DNA from: Desulforegulaceae bacterium
GTDB taxonomy: Bacteria; Desulfobacterota; Desulfobacteria; Desulfobacterales; JACKCP01
Reading direction: 5' to 3'
DNA: 64,000 nucleotides
Assembly: GCA_034006035.1 (NCBI GenBank)
Contig: JAVETN010000010.1
Coordinates: forward strand, 28,448-92,447
Under the pieces are notes generated by a model. The model was not told where the DNA came from. It did not search any database and saw only the letters and a list, made by a program, of their open reading frames with translations. Position numbers and translations under genes: made by a program. This document shows positions 9,466 to 19,177 of the stretch, in pieces. How positions within the stretch are numbered: position 1 is the stretch's first letter; the number at the start of each line of letters is the position of its first letter.

Positions 9466-10442
9466 GGTATTTCAATTAATCTTGTATGGGTTAAAAAAAG
9501 ACTTAATAAAAATAAAAAAAGAGCTGAAACTAAAAAATAAAGATAATAATCATTGTTTGTTTCAAAACTTTCCACCTTTACAGTTGATTTTTCCAACTTA
9601 TCAATGTTTCCATAAATTTTTTCAAGGTCTTCACGGTTTTTTGCATTAAAATAAGCTCCACCGGTGATTTTAGAAATTTCTTTTAAAAGCTCTTCGTCCA
9701 TGGAAACCATTGCTTTTCTTAAAACTTCCCTTCCAAAAAAATCCTTGGTTGGAAAAGGAGCATAGCCAGTGGATCCTATACCTATTGTATATATCTTAAT
9801 GTTTTCCTCGCCTGCCTTTACAGCAGCTGGTTTGGGTGGAAGTTCTCCGCTGTTGCTATCTCCGTCGGTTGCAAGAATAATTATATTGTTTGTGCTTTCA
9901 ATATCTCTAAGTCTTTTTGCAGAAACAGCTATTGCATCTCCAATGGCTGTGTTTTGGCCTGCCATTCCAATTTCTATTTTATCTATAAAAAAATCTAATG
10001 ATTTATAATCTCTTGTAAGGGGTAAAAGAGTAAATGCATGGGTTCCAAAAACAACAAGACCAATTCTGTCCCCTTCTCTTTTTTTAACAAAGTCTGAAAC
10101 AATTTCCTTTAAAACATCAAGCCTTGATAAAGACATTGATTTATCCATATCCCTTGCCCTCATACTCCCTGAAACATCTACAGCAATAACAATATTTACT
10201 CCTTTTGAGTCATAAAAAGTTTTTTTATCTCCTGTTCTGGGATTGGCAAGAGCAATAATAATAAAAACAAGACAAAGATACTTTATAAAAGTGTTTAAAT
10301 GGAAAATACCTGAAACCTTGCTTTTTAATTTAAATGGATGGCTTCTTAAAAAAAAGCCTGGCTTTCCTTTTTTTTCCAAAAAATAAACAAGGGGAATAAT
10401 TAAAAGTAAAAACAAATATAAAAGAGATTCAAATTGAAACAT
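9462..10442 (-). CDS. batA: BatA-like VWA domain membrane protein
   Basis: TM helices and VWA MIDAS motif VDVSGSM...TDGDSN. Confidence 0.85.
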   Translation of the reverse strand: MFQFESLLYLFLLLIIPLVYFLEKKGKPGFFLRSHPFKLKSKVSGIFHLNTFIKYLCLVFIIIALANPRTGDKKTFYDSKGVNIVIAVDVSGSMRARDMDKSMSLSRLDVLKEIVSDFVKKREGDRIGLVVFGTHAFTLLPLTRDYKSLDFFIDKIEIGMAGQNTAIGDAIAVSAKRLRDIESTNNIIILATDGDSNSGELPPKPAAVKAGEENIKIYTIGIGSTGYAPFPTKDFFGREVLRKAMVSMDEELLKEISKITGGAYFNAKNREDLEKIYGNIDKLEKSTVKVESFETNNDYYLYFLVSALFLFLLSLFLTHTRLIEIP

Positions 10443-10445
10443 AAT

Positions 10446-10982
10446 TTAATCTTTATCTTCAATTTTAAGAATTTTGCCATTGTTATTTATACCTGAAATA
10501 ATAAAATTTTCCATAAATGAATAAAAACCAGCAAAAGCTTGATTGTCATAAATTTTAGACCCTGAAAAACGTATTATTTCAGTGGTTTTTAAAAAATCTT
10601 CTATTTTTTTAAAGTCAATTTCTTCCAATTGACCTTTAATTTTTTCCAAAATTTCTTTTTCAGACAAAGGCAAAAAATCAAAATTATTTTTAAATCCAAG
10701 ATATTTTTTAAATACAATCAAAAGATTTGTCCATTTTTCTTCTGTTTCTTTAAAAGAGTTGGTTTTAATTTTTTCCAATTCACTAAGAATCTCATCTTTA
10801 ATTAAGCTGTTATTTTTTTCTATGTTTCCCTGGCTGAATTTTTTCTTAAAAAAAACAAACCCCAAAACAATAGCTAGAACAACCAAAACTAGAACAATCC
10901 ACCAAAAAGGCTGAAAACCTTTGTCAAACTTTGCAATCCCTTTTATATCTGCCATCTGCTCGATAATGTCAAAATTATCCAT
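10446..10982 (-). CDS. small single-TM protein of the MoxR/Bat operon (DUF4381-like)
   Basis: One TM helix (FWWIVLVLVVLAIVLGFVFF). Sits between the DUF58 gene and batA and overlaps the DUF58 gene by 8 nt. Confidence 0.55.
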   Translation of the reverse strand: MDNFDIIEQMADIKGIAKFDKGFQPFWWIVLVLVVLAIVLGFVFFKKKFSQGNIEKNNSLIKDEILSELEKIKTNSFKETEEKWTNLLIVFKKYLGFKNNFDFLPLSEKEILEKIKGQLEEIDFKKIEDFLKTTEIIRFSGSKIYDNQAFAGFYSFMENFIISGINNNGKILKIEDKD

Positions 10983-11868
10983 GGGTTTTTTGAATCCTTA
11001 AATGCCTGTATTTAAAGTAATTTATCAAAAGATCTGCTGATGACTGATCTGTATCAAGATAAATAAGATCTGATTTTGATTTTTTAAATATTTTTTCAAG
11101 GCTGGTTTCAAAGTCTAATCCTTTTTTTTCTAAAATTTTCCTGGATTTTAAAGAACTTAAATCAAAACTTAATTCTTTATTAGTTTCAGGATCCAAAAAA
11201 GAAACAACCCCGATATCTGGAAAAGAAAAATCTTTTTTATCTCTTATTTTAACTCCAATAATCTCATTGTTTTGTTTTGCCCTTTTAAGCTGACTTTCAA
11301 AAGAAGGGGAAATAAAATCAGATACAAGAAAACAAATTGTTTTAGCTTTTGAAACCTTGGAAAAAAACTCAAGTGCTTTGGAAATATCTGTTTTAAGGCC
11401 TTTTTTTCTTTCAAAAGTATAAATTTCTCTTATAAGTCTCCATACATGGGAAACCCCTTTTTTGGGAGGAAGATAAACAGAAACCTCATCTGTAAAAAGA
11501 ATAAGCCCTGCCCTGTCGTTATTTTTTATTGCTGCGTATGCTGCAACAGCTGCAAACTCTGCTGCTTTTTCAGTTTTGGTCATTGAAGCTGTAGTAAAAA
11601 ACCCTGAAGAGCTCATATCAATCATTATGATTATATTAGCTTCTCTTTCTTCTCTGAAGATTTTTATATAAGGCTTGTTCATTCTTGCAGAAACCTTCCA
11701 GTCAATTGCCCTAACATCATCTCCTGGCTTATATTCTCTTACTTCCTCAAACTCCATTCCTGAACCCCTGAATACAGATTTGTATTGTCCGCTCATAGAA
11801 GCATTGACCATAAGGGAGGTTTTTAAATGAAGTTTTTTTATTTTTTTTAATTCTTCTTTTTTAATCAT
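10975..11868 (-). CDS. DUF58 family protein (MoxR partner)
   Basis: DUF58 signature EFEEVREYKPGDDVRAIDWKVSAR. Immediately downstream of moxR. Confidence 0.85.
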   Translation of the reverse strand: MIKKEELKKIKKLHLKTSLMVNASMSGQYKSVFRGSGMEFEEVREYKPGDDVRAIDWKVSARMNKPYIKIFREEREANIIIMIDMSSSGFFTTASMTKTEKAAEFAAVAAYAAIKNNDRAGLILFTDEVSVYLPPKKGVSHVWRLIREIYTFERKKGLKTDISKALEFFSKVSKAKTICFLVSDFISPSFESQLKRAKQNNEIIGVKIRDKKDFSFPDIGVVSFLDPETNKELSFDLSSLKSRKILEKKGLDFETSLEKIFKKSKSDLIYLDTDQSSADLLINYFKYRHLRIQKTHG

Positions 11869-11873
11869 AAAAT

Positions 11874-12848
11874 CTAAGGAACACTTATTTTATTTAAAAT
11901 TTCATCAATTATTTCTTCAGGAGTGGTATCTTCAGCTTCTGCTTCATAGGATAAAAGGATTCTATGCCTTAATACATCATGGGAGGCCTCTTTTATATCC
12001 CCTGGAATCACATAGGATCTTTTATCAAGTAAAGCCTTTGCCTTTGCTGCAAGAGCAAGAAACATAGTAGCCCTGGGTGACGCTCCAAATCTTATATATT
12101 CTTTAATATTAAGATTATAGTCCTGGGGATTTCTTGAAGCCAAAACAAGATCCACAATATAGTCTTTAAGCTTATCATCCATGTATATTTCAAACACCAA
12201 ATCTGACATTTTTTCAATTTCATCGGGCTGGGCAACAGAATTTATTTTTTCATGTTTTGAAAAAATCATTTTCTCTAAAATAAGTTTTTCTTCCTCTTTA
12301 CTTGGATAATCAACTTTTAATTTCAACATGAACCTGTCAACCTGAGCTTCAGGTAAAGGATAAGTTCCTTCCTGTTCAATGGGATTTTGGGTGGCAAGAA
12401 CTAAAAATGGCTTGGGAAGAAAATAGGTTTTATCTCCTATGGTAACCTGTTTTTCCTGCATTGCCTCTAAAAGTGCGGACTGAACCTTGGAAGGAGCCCG
12501 ATTTATTTCATCAGCAAGGATTATATTGTTAAAAACAGGGCCTTTTTTAACTGTAAAATCACCTGTTTTAGGTAAATAAATTTCTGTTCCAACAATATCA
12601 GCAGGCAATAAATCAGGGGTAAACTGAATTCGCTTAAAACCAAGATTTACAGTCTTTGAAAGAGAATTTACAGAACTTGTTTTTGCAAGGCCTGGCACTC
12701 CCTCAAGAAGAATATGCTGTTTTGTTATTAAAGCTGTTAAAAGCCCGTTTGTCAGTTTTTCCTGACCTACAAGCTGTTTTTTTATTTCTTTTCTTATATT
12801 TTCTATAACTTCAGTAACTTCAGCTATTTTTTCATTTATTTCATCCAT
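11874..12848 (-). CDS. moxR: MoxR-family AAA+ ATPase
   Basis: Walker A GVPGLAKT and Walker B ILADEINRA, with typical MoxR length and C-terminus. Confidence 0.9.
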   Translation of the reverse strand: MDEINEKIAEVTEVIENIRKEIKKQLVGQEKLTNGLLTALITKQHILLEGVPGLAKTSSVNSLSKTVNLGFKRIQFTPDLLPADIVGTEIYLPKTGDFTVKKGPVFNNIILADEINRAPSKVQSALLEAMQEKQVTIGDKTYFLPKPFLVLATQNPIEQEGTYPLPEAQVDRFMLKLKVDYPSKEEEKLILEKMIFSKHEKINSVAQPDEIEKMSDLVFEIYMDDKLKDYIVDLVLASRNPQDYNLNIKEYIRFGASPRATMFLALAAKAKALLDKRSYVIPGDIKEASHDVLRHRILLSYEAEAEDTTPEEIIDEILNKISVP

Positions 12849-12942
12849 AAAAATAAAAAACCTTATTGTTAAATTGTTCTCTTAGAAAATCTTTGTTTTA
12901 TGCAAATTAGAAAATAACAATTTAAATAAGAATTTCAAGAAA

Positions 12943-12977
12943 TAAAAAAAGCCGCACAAAAAAGAAAAGTGCGGCTT
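12943..12977 (-). terminator. rho-independent terminator after the 63-aa membrane protein gene
   Basis: 8-bp GC-rich stem AGCCGCAC/GTGCGGCT (12950-12957 / 12969-12976), followed on the minus strand by a 7-T run (12943-12949). Confidence 0.7.
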
Positions 12978-13000
12978 AATAAAAAAGAAAACAAGTAAAA

Positions 13001-13192
13001 TTAATGCTTGGGATTAAAACCTTCAACAATAAGAATATTTGCATAATAGGTAGGGAATCCTAAAAGGATACCACCAAGAAAATAATTAAATCCGGCTCCG
13101 CCAATTCCTTTAGAAACACCAATAAAAATCAAAACAATTGCAAGCCAGATAATTGCATTTAGAATAGTAGGCTTAAAAGGCAAAAAATCCAT
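13001..13192 (-). CDS. small two-TM membrane protein (63 aa)
   Basis: Two hydrophobic segments, with its own terminator downstream. Confidence 0.45.
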   Translation of the reverse strand: MDFLPFKPTILNAIIWLAIVLIFIGVSKGIGGAGFNYFLGGILLGFPTYYANILIVEGFNPKH

Positions 13193-13377
13193 CTTCGTTC
13201 TCCTTGTATTTTATTAAATTTATTTAAACTCAATTTAGTATTAAATTGATAGTCTTTAATTATAAAACAAATCAGACACTATTAAAGATTTTTATCGTAT
13301 TTAAAAATAATGTCAAATCTAAAATTGATTTTAAATCTTAAAAAGCCTTAAATTTCAGTAAAAACTGTGTTTTCTTT

Positions 13378-14610
13378 TTAATCCTGATCTTTTTTAATTC
13401 CATAATTTTGTCCGTAAGTCTCAACTACAAAATCAATATCCTTGTCCCCTCTTCCGGAAAGATTAACAAGAATAGACTTTCCTTTACCAAACTTTAAAGC
13501 AAGCTTTGCTGCATAGGCAACAGCATGACTGCTTTCAATTGCAGGAATTATTCCTTCAGTTCTTGAAAGCTCAAAAAGAGCATCAATTGCTTCTTTATCA
13601 GTTATTGTTACATAATTAACCCTTTTAATATCTTTTAAAAGAGAATGCTGGGGTCCAACCCCTGGATAATCAAGCCCGCTGGCAACAGAATAAACTCTAA
13701 GGGGATTTCCTTTTGTATCCTGAAGAAGATAGGATTTAAATCCATGAAGAACTCCTGGGGTTCCAAGTGTCAAAGTCGCAGCATGATTTCCCGGTTCAAG
13801 TCCTATTCCAGCAGGTTCAACTCCATAAATTGAAACATTTTCATCTTCAAGAAAAGCTGTAAAAAGCCCAATTGCATTTGAGCCTCCCCCAACACAGGCT
13901 ACAATGGCGTCGGGAAGTTTGCCGGTAACTTCCATAACCTGCTCTCTTGCTTCATATCCAACTATCTGCTGAAAATCCCTCACCATTGTTGGAAAAGGAT
14001 GGGGCCCAAGTACAGAGCCTATTGCATAAAATTGTGTAACAGGATCTTTGATATATGCTTCAAAAGCTGCATCTACAGCGTCTTTAAGTGTTTGAGTTCC
14101 TCTTTTTACAGGAATTACATTTGCACCTAAAATCTTCATTCTTACAACATTGGGGTATTCTTTTCTTATATCAACAACACCCATATAAACATCGCATTCA
14201 AGACCAACCACAACAGCAGCCGTTGCTATAGCAACTCCATGCTGCCCTGCTCCTGTTTCTGCAATCAACTTTTTTTTGCCCATTTTTTTGGCTAAAAGAG
14301 CCTCACCAAGGCAATGGTTTATTTTATGTGCTCCTGTATGATTAAGGTCTTCCCTTTTTAGATAAATATCTGCTCCACCCAGTTTTTTGGAAAGAGTTTT
14401 TGCAAAATAAACTGGACTTGGTCTTCCCACAAAAGTTTTATAAAGAAGAGAAAGTTCGTCTTGAAAAGACTTGTCTTTAATCAGTTCAATATACTCATCA
14501 TTTATTTCATTCATTAATTTTTGAAGATCCGGAGGAAGAAAACATCCTCCGTAGTCTCCAAAAAAACCTGATTTATCGGGCATTTCATAGTTTAAAATTT
14601 TTTTATTCAT
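13378..14610 (-). CDS. trpB: tryptophan synthase beta chain
   Basis: PLP-lysine motif HTGAHKINH, plus GGGSNAIG and GAGQHG. ATG at 14610 has GAGGA 8 nt upstream. The track's TTG at 14625 is less likely. Confidence 0.9.
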   Translation of the reverse strand: MNKKILNYEMPDKSGFFGDYGGCFLPPDLQKLMNEINDEYIELIKDKSFQDELSLLYKTFVGRPSPVYFAKTLSKKLGGADIYLKREDLNHTGAHKINHCLGEALLAKKMGKKKLIAETGAGQHGVAIATAAVVVGLECDVYMGVVDIRKEYPNVVRMKILGANVIPVKRGTQTLKDAVDAAFEAYIKDPVTQFYAIGSVLGPHPFPTMVRDFQQIVGYEAREQVMEVTGKLPDAIVACVGGGSNAIGLFTAFLEDENVSIYGVEPAGIGLEPGNHAATLTLGTPGVLHGFKSYLLQDTKGNPLRVYSVASGLDYPGVGPQHSLLKDIKRVNYVTITDKEAIDALFELSRTEGIIPAIESSHAVAYAAKLALKFGKGKSILVNLSGRGDKDIDFVVETYGQNYGIKKDQD

Positions 14611-14614
14611 CCAA

Positions 14615-14911
14615 TTAATCCTCAAAATTAAAATTATCCAAAATATTTTTCACAACCGAGTCTTTTTTTTTCAAAATTTTTGAACCTCTGGTAATCCTGC
14701 ACAATGAAATTTTATAGTTTTGTGCAATCTTTCTTTGAGTTTGTCCTTTATAAATAGCCTTAAGAAGTTTCCACCTCATCACAAGATCAAAACATTCTTT
14801 TCCGGTTAATATTTCTTCAATAAAAACCTTCATTTCATTTTTGTCATTTATTTGACAAAAAACTTCAGCAAGTTCTTCAAACGCTTTTTCATCTATTGTT
14901 CTTTTACTCAT
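14615..14911 (-). CDS. TrpR/YerC-YecD family DNA-binding protein
   Basis: Trp-repressor-like sequence ([33 protein letters not shown]). ATG at 14911 is preceded by GAGGA. The stop lies 4 nt before the trpB ATG. Confidence 0.7.
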   Translation of the reverse strand: MSKRTIDEKAFEELAEVFCQINDKNEMKVFIEEILTGKECFDLVMRWKLLKAIYKGQTQRKIAQNYKISLCRITRGSKILKKKDSVVKNILDNFNFED

Positions 14912-14984
14912 TTTTTCCTCTAAAACTGTTTCTGCGTAAAGAAACATAAGGGCTTTCTTTTGTCAAGAAAAAAACCTTTTCAAA

Positions 14985-15239
14985 TCAACTTTTTAAAGAG
15001 TTCCTAAAATAAAGTCCAACATCAATTGATACAAGAATTGAATTAAAAACATAAAGCCAGATTACATTGTCATAATGAAAAAAAATTTTGTGAAATACCC
15101 CAGAAACATATCCTGTTAAAACAATCAGCATAAAGGCAAGACTTTTACCTGAATTATTCCCTGAGGTATATGATTTATAAATACTTGCAGGCCAGGCACT
15201 CCCAAAGCAAAGCAGCATTAAAATCTCAAAAAAACTCAT
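14985..15239 (-). CDS. small 3-TM membrane protein, PQ-loop/SemiSWEET-like
   Basis: 84 aa with three hydrophobic helices. The motif WPASIYKSYTSGNNSGKSLAF resembles a PQ-loop. Confidence 0.45.
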   Translation of the reverse strand: MSFFEILMLLCFGSAWPASIYKSYTSGNNSGKSLAFMLIVLTGYVSGVFHKIFFHYDNVIWLYVFNSILVSIDVGLYFRNSLKS

Positions 15240-15329
15240 TTTTAATTCCCTTTTAAAATTTTAGTTTAGGTTGCAGTAATAAAAAAAAGTTTGTATTAAT
15301 TTAAAATATTTTTTAAAAACAGGACTTAT

Positions 15330-16610
15330 ATGAAAATCACCTATTCTCAATACAAATTCTTTTCATCTTTTATTGGTGAAATCTTAATTTTGATTTCCCA
15401 ATTTTTAAATTTTTTTTACAAAAACAAATACTCATCATTTATTTTCAAAAGAAGCCATAAAAATATAGTTTCATCCAAATCATCCAAAAAAAAAATATGG
15501 TTTTATGCTTCTTCTGTTGGAGAGGTCGGAGTTTGTGAAATTGTTATTAAAGAAATGCTTAATTTAAAAAAAAACTTAAGCTTTCATATTTCAATAATGA
15601 CAGACTCAGGGTATGAAATTGCATCTTCAAATTTTGCTTCAATTGCAGACATTTCTTATTCTCCATTAGATTCCTACTTTAATGTAAAAAAAACCTTTGA
15701 AATTATAAAACCCGACCTTTTATGTATAATTGAAACTGAACTTTGGCCAAATCTTATTTATCAGGCAAACAAAAATAAAATTCCTATAATTGTTACAAAT
15801 GCCAGAATATCAAATTCTTCCTTAAAAAATTATTCTAAGACAAAAGATTTTTCAAAATATATAATTAATCTTGTTGATAAATTTTATGCCAGTTCATTTC
15901 AGGATGAAAAAAACCTGATTAAGCTTTCATGCAAAAAAGAAAAAATTATAGTAACAGGAAATGCAAAATATGACTTCAAAATTGACAAATCCCAGTATGA
16001 AAAAACAAAAACAACCTATAAAAACTTTTTTGGCTTCAAAAAAACTGACCTTATATTTGTTTGCGGAAGTACAAGGGAAGGTGAAGAGGAAATTTTAATC
16101 CCTGTTTTTAAAAAATTAAAAAATGAATTTAAAAATCTTAAGCTTGTTCTAGTTCCAAGACATCTTACAAGGCTTGATGAAGTTAAAAATGTTTTTTTAA
16201 AAAACAATTTAAGCTTTGGGTTAAGAACAGAAAACACTGATAAACCATACGAATCAATTATCATTGATACAATGGGAGAACTTAAAAAAATATATTCGAT
16301 TGCTGACCTGGTTTTTGTAGGGGGAAGCCTTTTAAATTTTGGAGGACAAAACATTCTTGAACCAGCAGCTCTTGAAAAACCGGTAATCTTTGGCAAGCAT
16401 ATGGACGATTTTAAAGAAATCTCAAAAATTCTTTTAAATGAAAAAGGAGGGTTTGAAGTTTCAGAATCAAACATAAATGAGGTGATAAAAAAACTTTTAG
16501 AAAATAATGAATTAAGAAAAATATCAGGCCAAAACGCTTTTCAAGTAGTGAAAAAAAACAGAGGAGCTGGATTAAAACAGGCAAAAGGAATCCTTGGATA
16601 TCTGTCCTGA
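15330..16610 (+). CDS. waaA: 3-deoxy-D-manno-octulosonic acid (Kdo) transferase
   Basis: KdtA motifs SSVGEV and ETELWPNLI, with a glycosyltransferase C-terminal half. Confidence 0.85.
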   Translation: MKITYSQYKFFSSFIGEILILISQFLNFFYKNKYSSFIFKRSHKNIVSSKSSKKKIWFYASSVGEVGVCEIVIKEMLNLKKNLSFHISIMTDSGYEIASSNFASIADISYSPLDSYFNVKKTFEIIKPDLLCIIETELWPNLIYQANKNKIPIIVTNARISNSSLKNYSKTKDFSKYIINLVDKFYASSFQDEKNLIKLSCKKEKIIVTGNAKYDFKIDKSQYEKTKTTYKNFFGFKKTDLIFVCGSTREGEEEILIPVFKKLKNEFKNLKLVLVPRHLTRLDEVKNVFLKNNLSFGLRTENTDKPYESIIIDTMGELKKIYSIADLVFVGGSLLNFGGQNILEPAALEKPVIFGKHMDDFKEISKILLNEKGGFEVSESNINEVIKKLLENNELRKISGQNAFQVVKKNRGAGLKQAKGILGYLS

Positions 16611-16839
16611 AAGGATTGATTGAAAAATTTCATTAAATTCATCCCAAATTCTAAAACTAACTTTTTCCAGCAGCTAAATCAACTTTAGAGTTATTTCATT
16701 TATCGTATATCAGCCTAAAAAAACAAAGGCTTATCTTTTAAGTCAGAGCTTGATTTTTTTAAATTTTTCAAGGTTAAAAAATTTAAAAAAAACTGGCAGT
16801 TTTAATTTTATCTATATGATATAAGGCAACCAATGTTAA

Positions 16840-17856
<1,017 letters not shown>

Positions 17857-17870
17857 TTTCGAGGATTAAA

Positions 17871-19067
17871 ATGGGTAAACTTTTTATTGAGGATCTTAAC
17901 CTTGATAATAAAAAGGTAATTTTAAGGGTTGATTTCAATGTGCCCTTAAAAAATTTAAAAGTTGCAAACGACAAAAGAATAAGAGCTGCACTTCCTACAA
18001 TAAATTATTTGTTGAGTAAAAATGCTTCACTTATACTTATCTCCCATCTTGGGCGGCCTAAGGGAAAAATTGTACCTGAATTAAGTCTTAAACCGGTTGC
18101 AGCTCATCTTTCAAAGCTCATAAATAAAAAAGTCAAATTTGTTGACGACTGCATAGGACAAAAGGTTAAAAATGAAATCTCAAAGCTAAAACCCGGCGAA
18201 ATTCTTGTTTTGGAAAATTTAAGATTTAGAAAAGACGAAACAGAAAACAACCCAGAGTTTGCCAAAGAACTGGCATCTTTAGCTGATATTTATGTTAATG
18301 ATGCTTTTGGCACTGCCCACCGGGCTCATGCTTCTACTGAGGGAATAACAAAATTTATCAGCAAGGCAGCCTCTGGTTATCTTCTCAAAAAAGAAATGGA
18401 TTATCTTGGCAAATCCCTTGAAAATCCCCAAAGACCTTTTACTGCAATTATTGGCGGAGCAAAAATTTCAGGAAAAATAGATGTAATAGACTCCCTGCTT
18501 CCAAAAGTTGATTATCTTTTAATAGGCGGAGGAATGGCCTCAACTTTTCTTAAAGCCAAGGGTTTTGAAACAGGAAAATCCCTTATTGAAAAGGACAAGG
18601 TTTCCCTTGCAAAAAAACTTCTTTCAAAATCCAAGGGTAAAATCATTCTTCCAATAGATCTTGTTATTACAGATTCTCTTGATTTTGATTTGGGAATTGC
18701 AGGCAGTATAAAAGATGTTAATAGCAGTCATATTCCAAAAGAAATGATGGCTGTAGATATAGGTCAAAAAACTATTGAAGAATTTTCTAAAATAATAAAA
18801 AAATCAAAAACCATAGTTTGGAACGGACCAATGGGAGTTTTTGAAATTGAAAAGCTTTCCAGAGGAACTTTTCAAATTGCAAAAGCAGTGGCAGATGCTT
18901 CAGCAAATGGAAGCATTACAATAATCGGAGGCGGTGATTCAGCTTCAGCCATTGAAAAAGCAGGTCTTTCAGAAAAAGTATCCCATGTTTCAACTGGAGG
19001 CGGAGCTTCCCTTGAATTTCTTGAAGGAAAAAAACTCCCGGGGGTTCAAGCATTGTCAGATATTTAA
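17871..19067 (+). CDS. pgk: phosphoglycerate kinase
   Basis: Full-length PGK similarity (RVDFNVP, NDAFGTAHRAH, GGGDSA). Confidence 0.95.
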   Translation: MGKLFIEDLNLDNKKVILRVDFNVPLKNLKVANDKRIRAALPTINYLLSKNASLILISHLGRPKGKIVPELSLKPVAAHLSKLINKKVKFVDDCIGQKVKNEISKLKPGEILVLENLRFRKDETENNPEFAKELASLADIYVNDAFGTAHRAHASTEGITKFISKAASGYLLKKEMDYLGKSLENPQRPFTAIIGGAKISGKIDVIDSLLPKVDYLLIGGGMASTFLKAKGFETGKSLIEKDKVSLAKKLLSKSKGKIILPIDLVITDSLDFDLGIAGSIKDVNSSHIPKEMMAVDIGQKTIEEFSKIIKKSKTIVWNGPMGVFEIEKLSRGTFQIAKAVADASANGSITIIGGGDSASAIEKAGLSEKVSHVSTGGGASLEFLEGKKLPGVQALSDI

Positions 19068-19102
19068 AACTGAAATTTAAGTTTAATCCAGAAATATAAA
19101 AT

Positions 19103-19157
19103 CCTGATTTGTTTGTACTTAATAAGTTTATACAAACAAATCAGGTTAACTTTTTTA
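19103..19157 (+). terminator. strong hairpin with T-run between pgk and pyk (terminator or attenuator)
   Basis: Perfect 15-bp stem CCTGATTTGTTTGTA / TACAAACAAATCAGG (19103-19117 / 19131-19145) with a 13-nt loop, then TTAACTTTTTT. Confidence 0.7.
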
Positions 19158-19177
19158 CTTCATCCAGGAGTGTTTAG

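Noticed and set aside
16016-16474. 152-aa antisense ORF inside waaA. The same issue applies to many other track ORFs overlapping strong genes, either on the opposite strand or out of frame: 638..838, 939..1139, 1705..1956, 3447..3731, 3707..3952, 7212..7409, 8799..9086, 9769..10008, 13645..13833, 17049..17384, 19498..19812, 20787..20987, 21193..21438, 23370..23597, 24485..24790, 25830..26078, 27667..27876, 28573..29651, 31987..35326, 38196..38460, 39264..40116, 41140..42091, 43895..44526, 44645..46019, 46909..47097, 48172..51014, 51317..51631, 52899..53358, 54256..54498, 56486..56809, 58942..59259, 59782..61155, 62710..62955 and 63533..63745.
   Set aside because: Each overlaps a gene with clear family motifs. 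These ORFs have low-complexity F/L/K/S-rich composition typical of shadow ORFs in AT-rich DNA, and no SD or family signal.
16794-16812. CTGGCAG-N5-ATTT upstream of gap, considered as a sigma54 promoter.
   Set aside because: There is no GC at -12, and a housekeeping glycolytic gene is more likely sigma70-driven.
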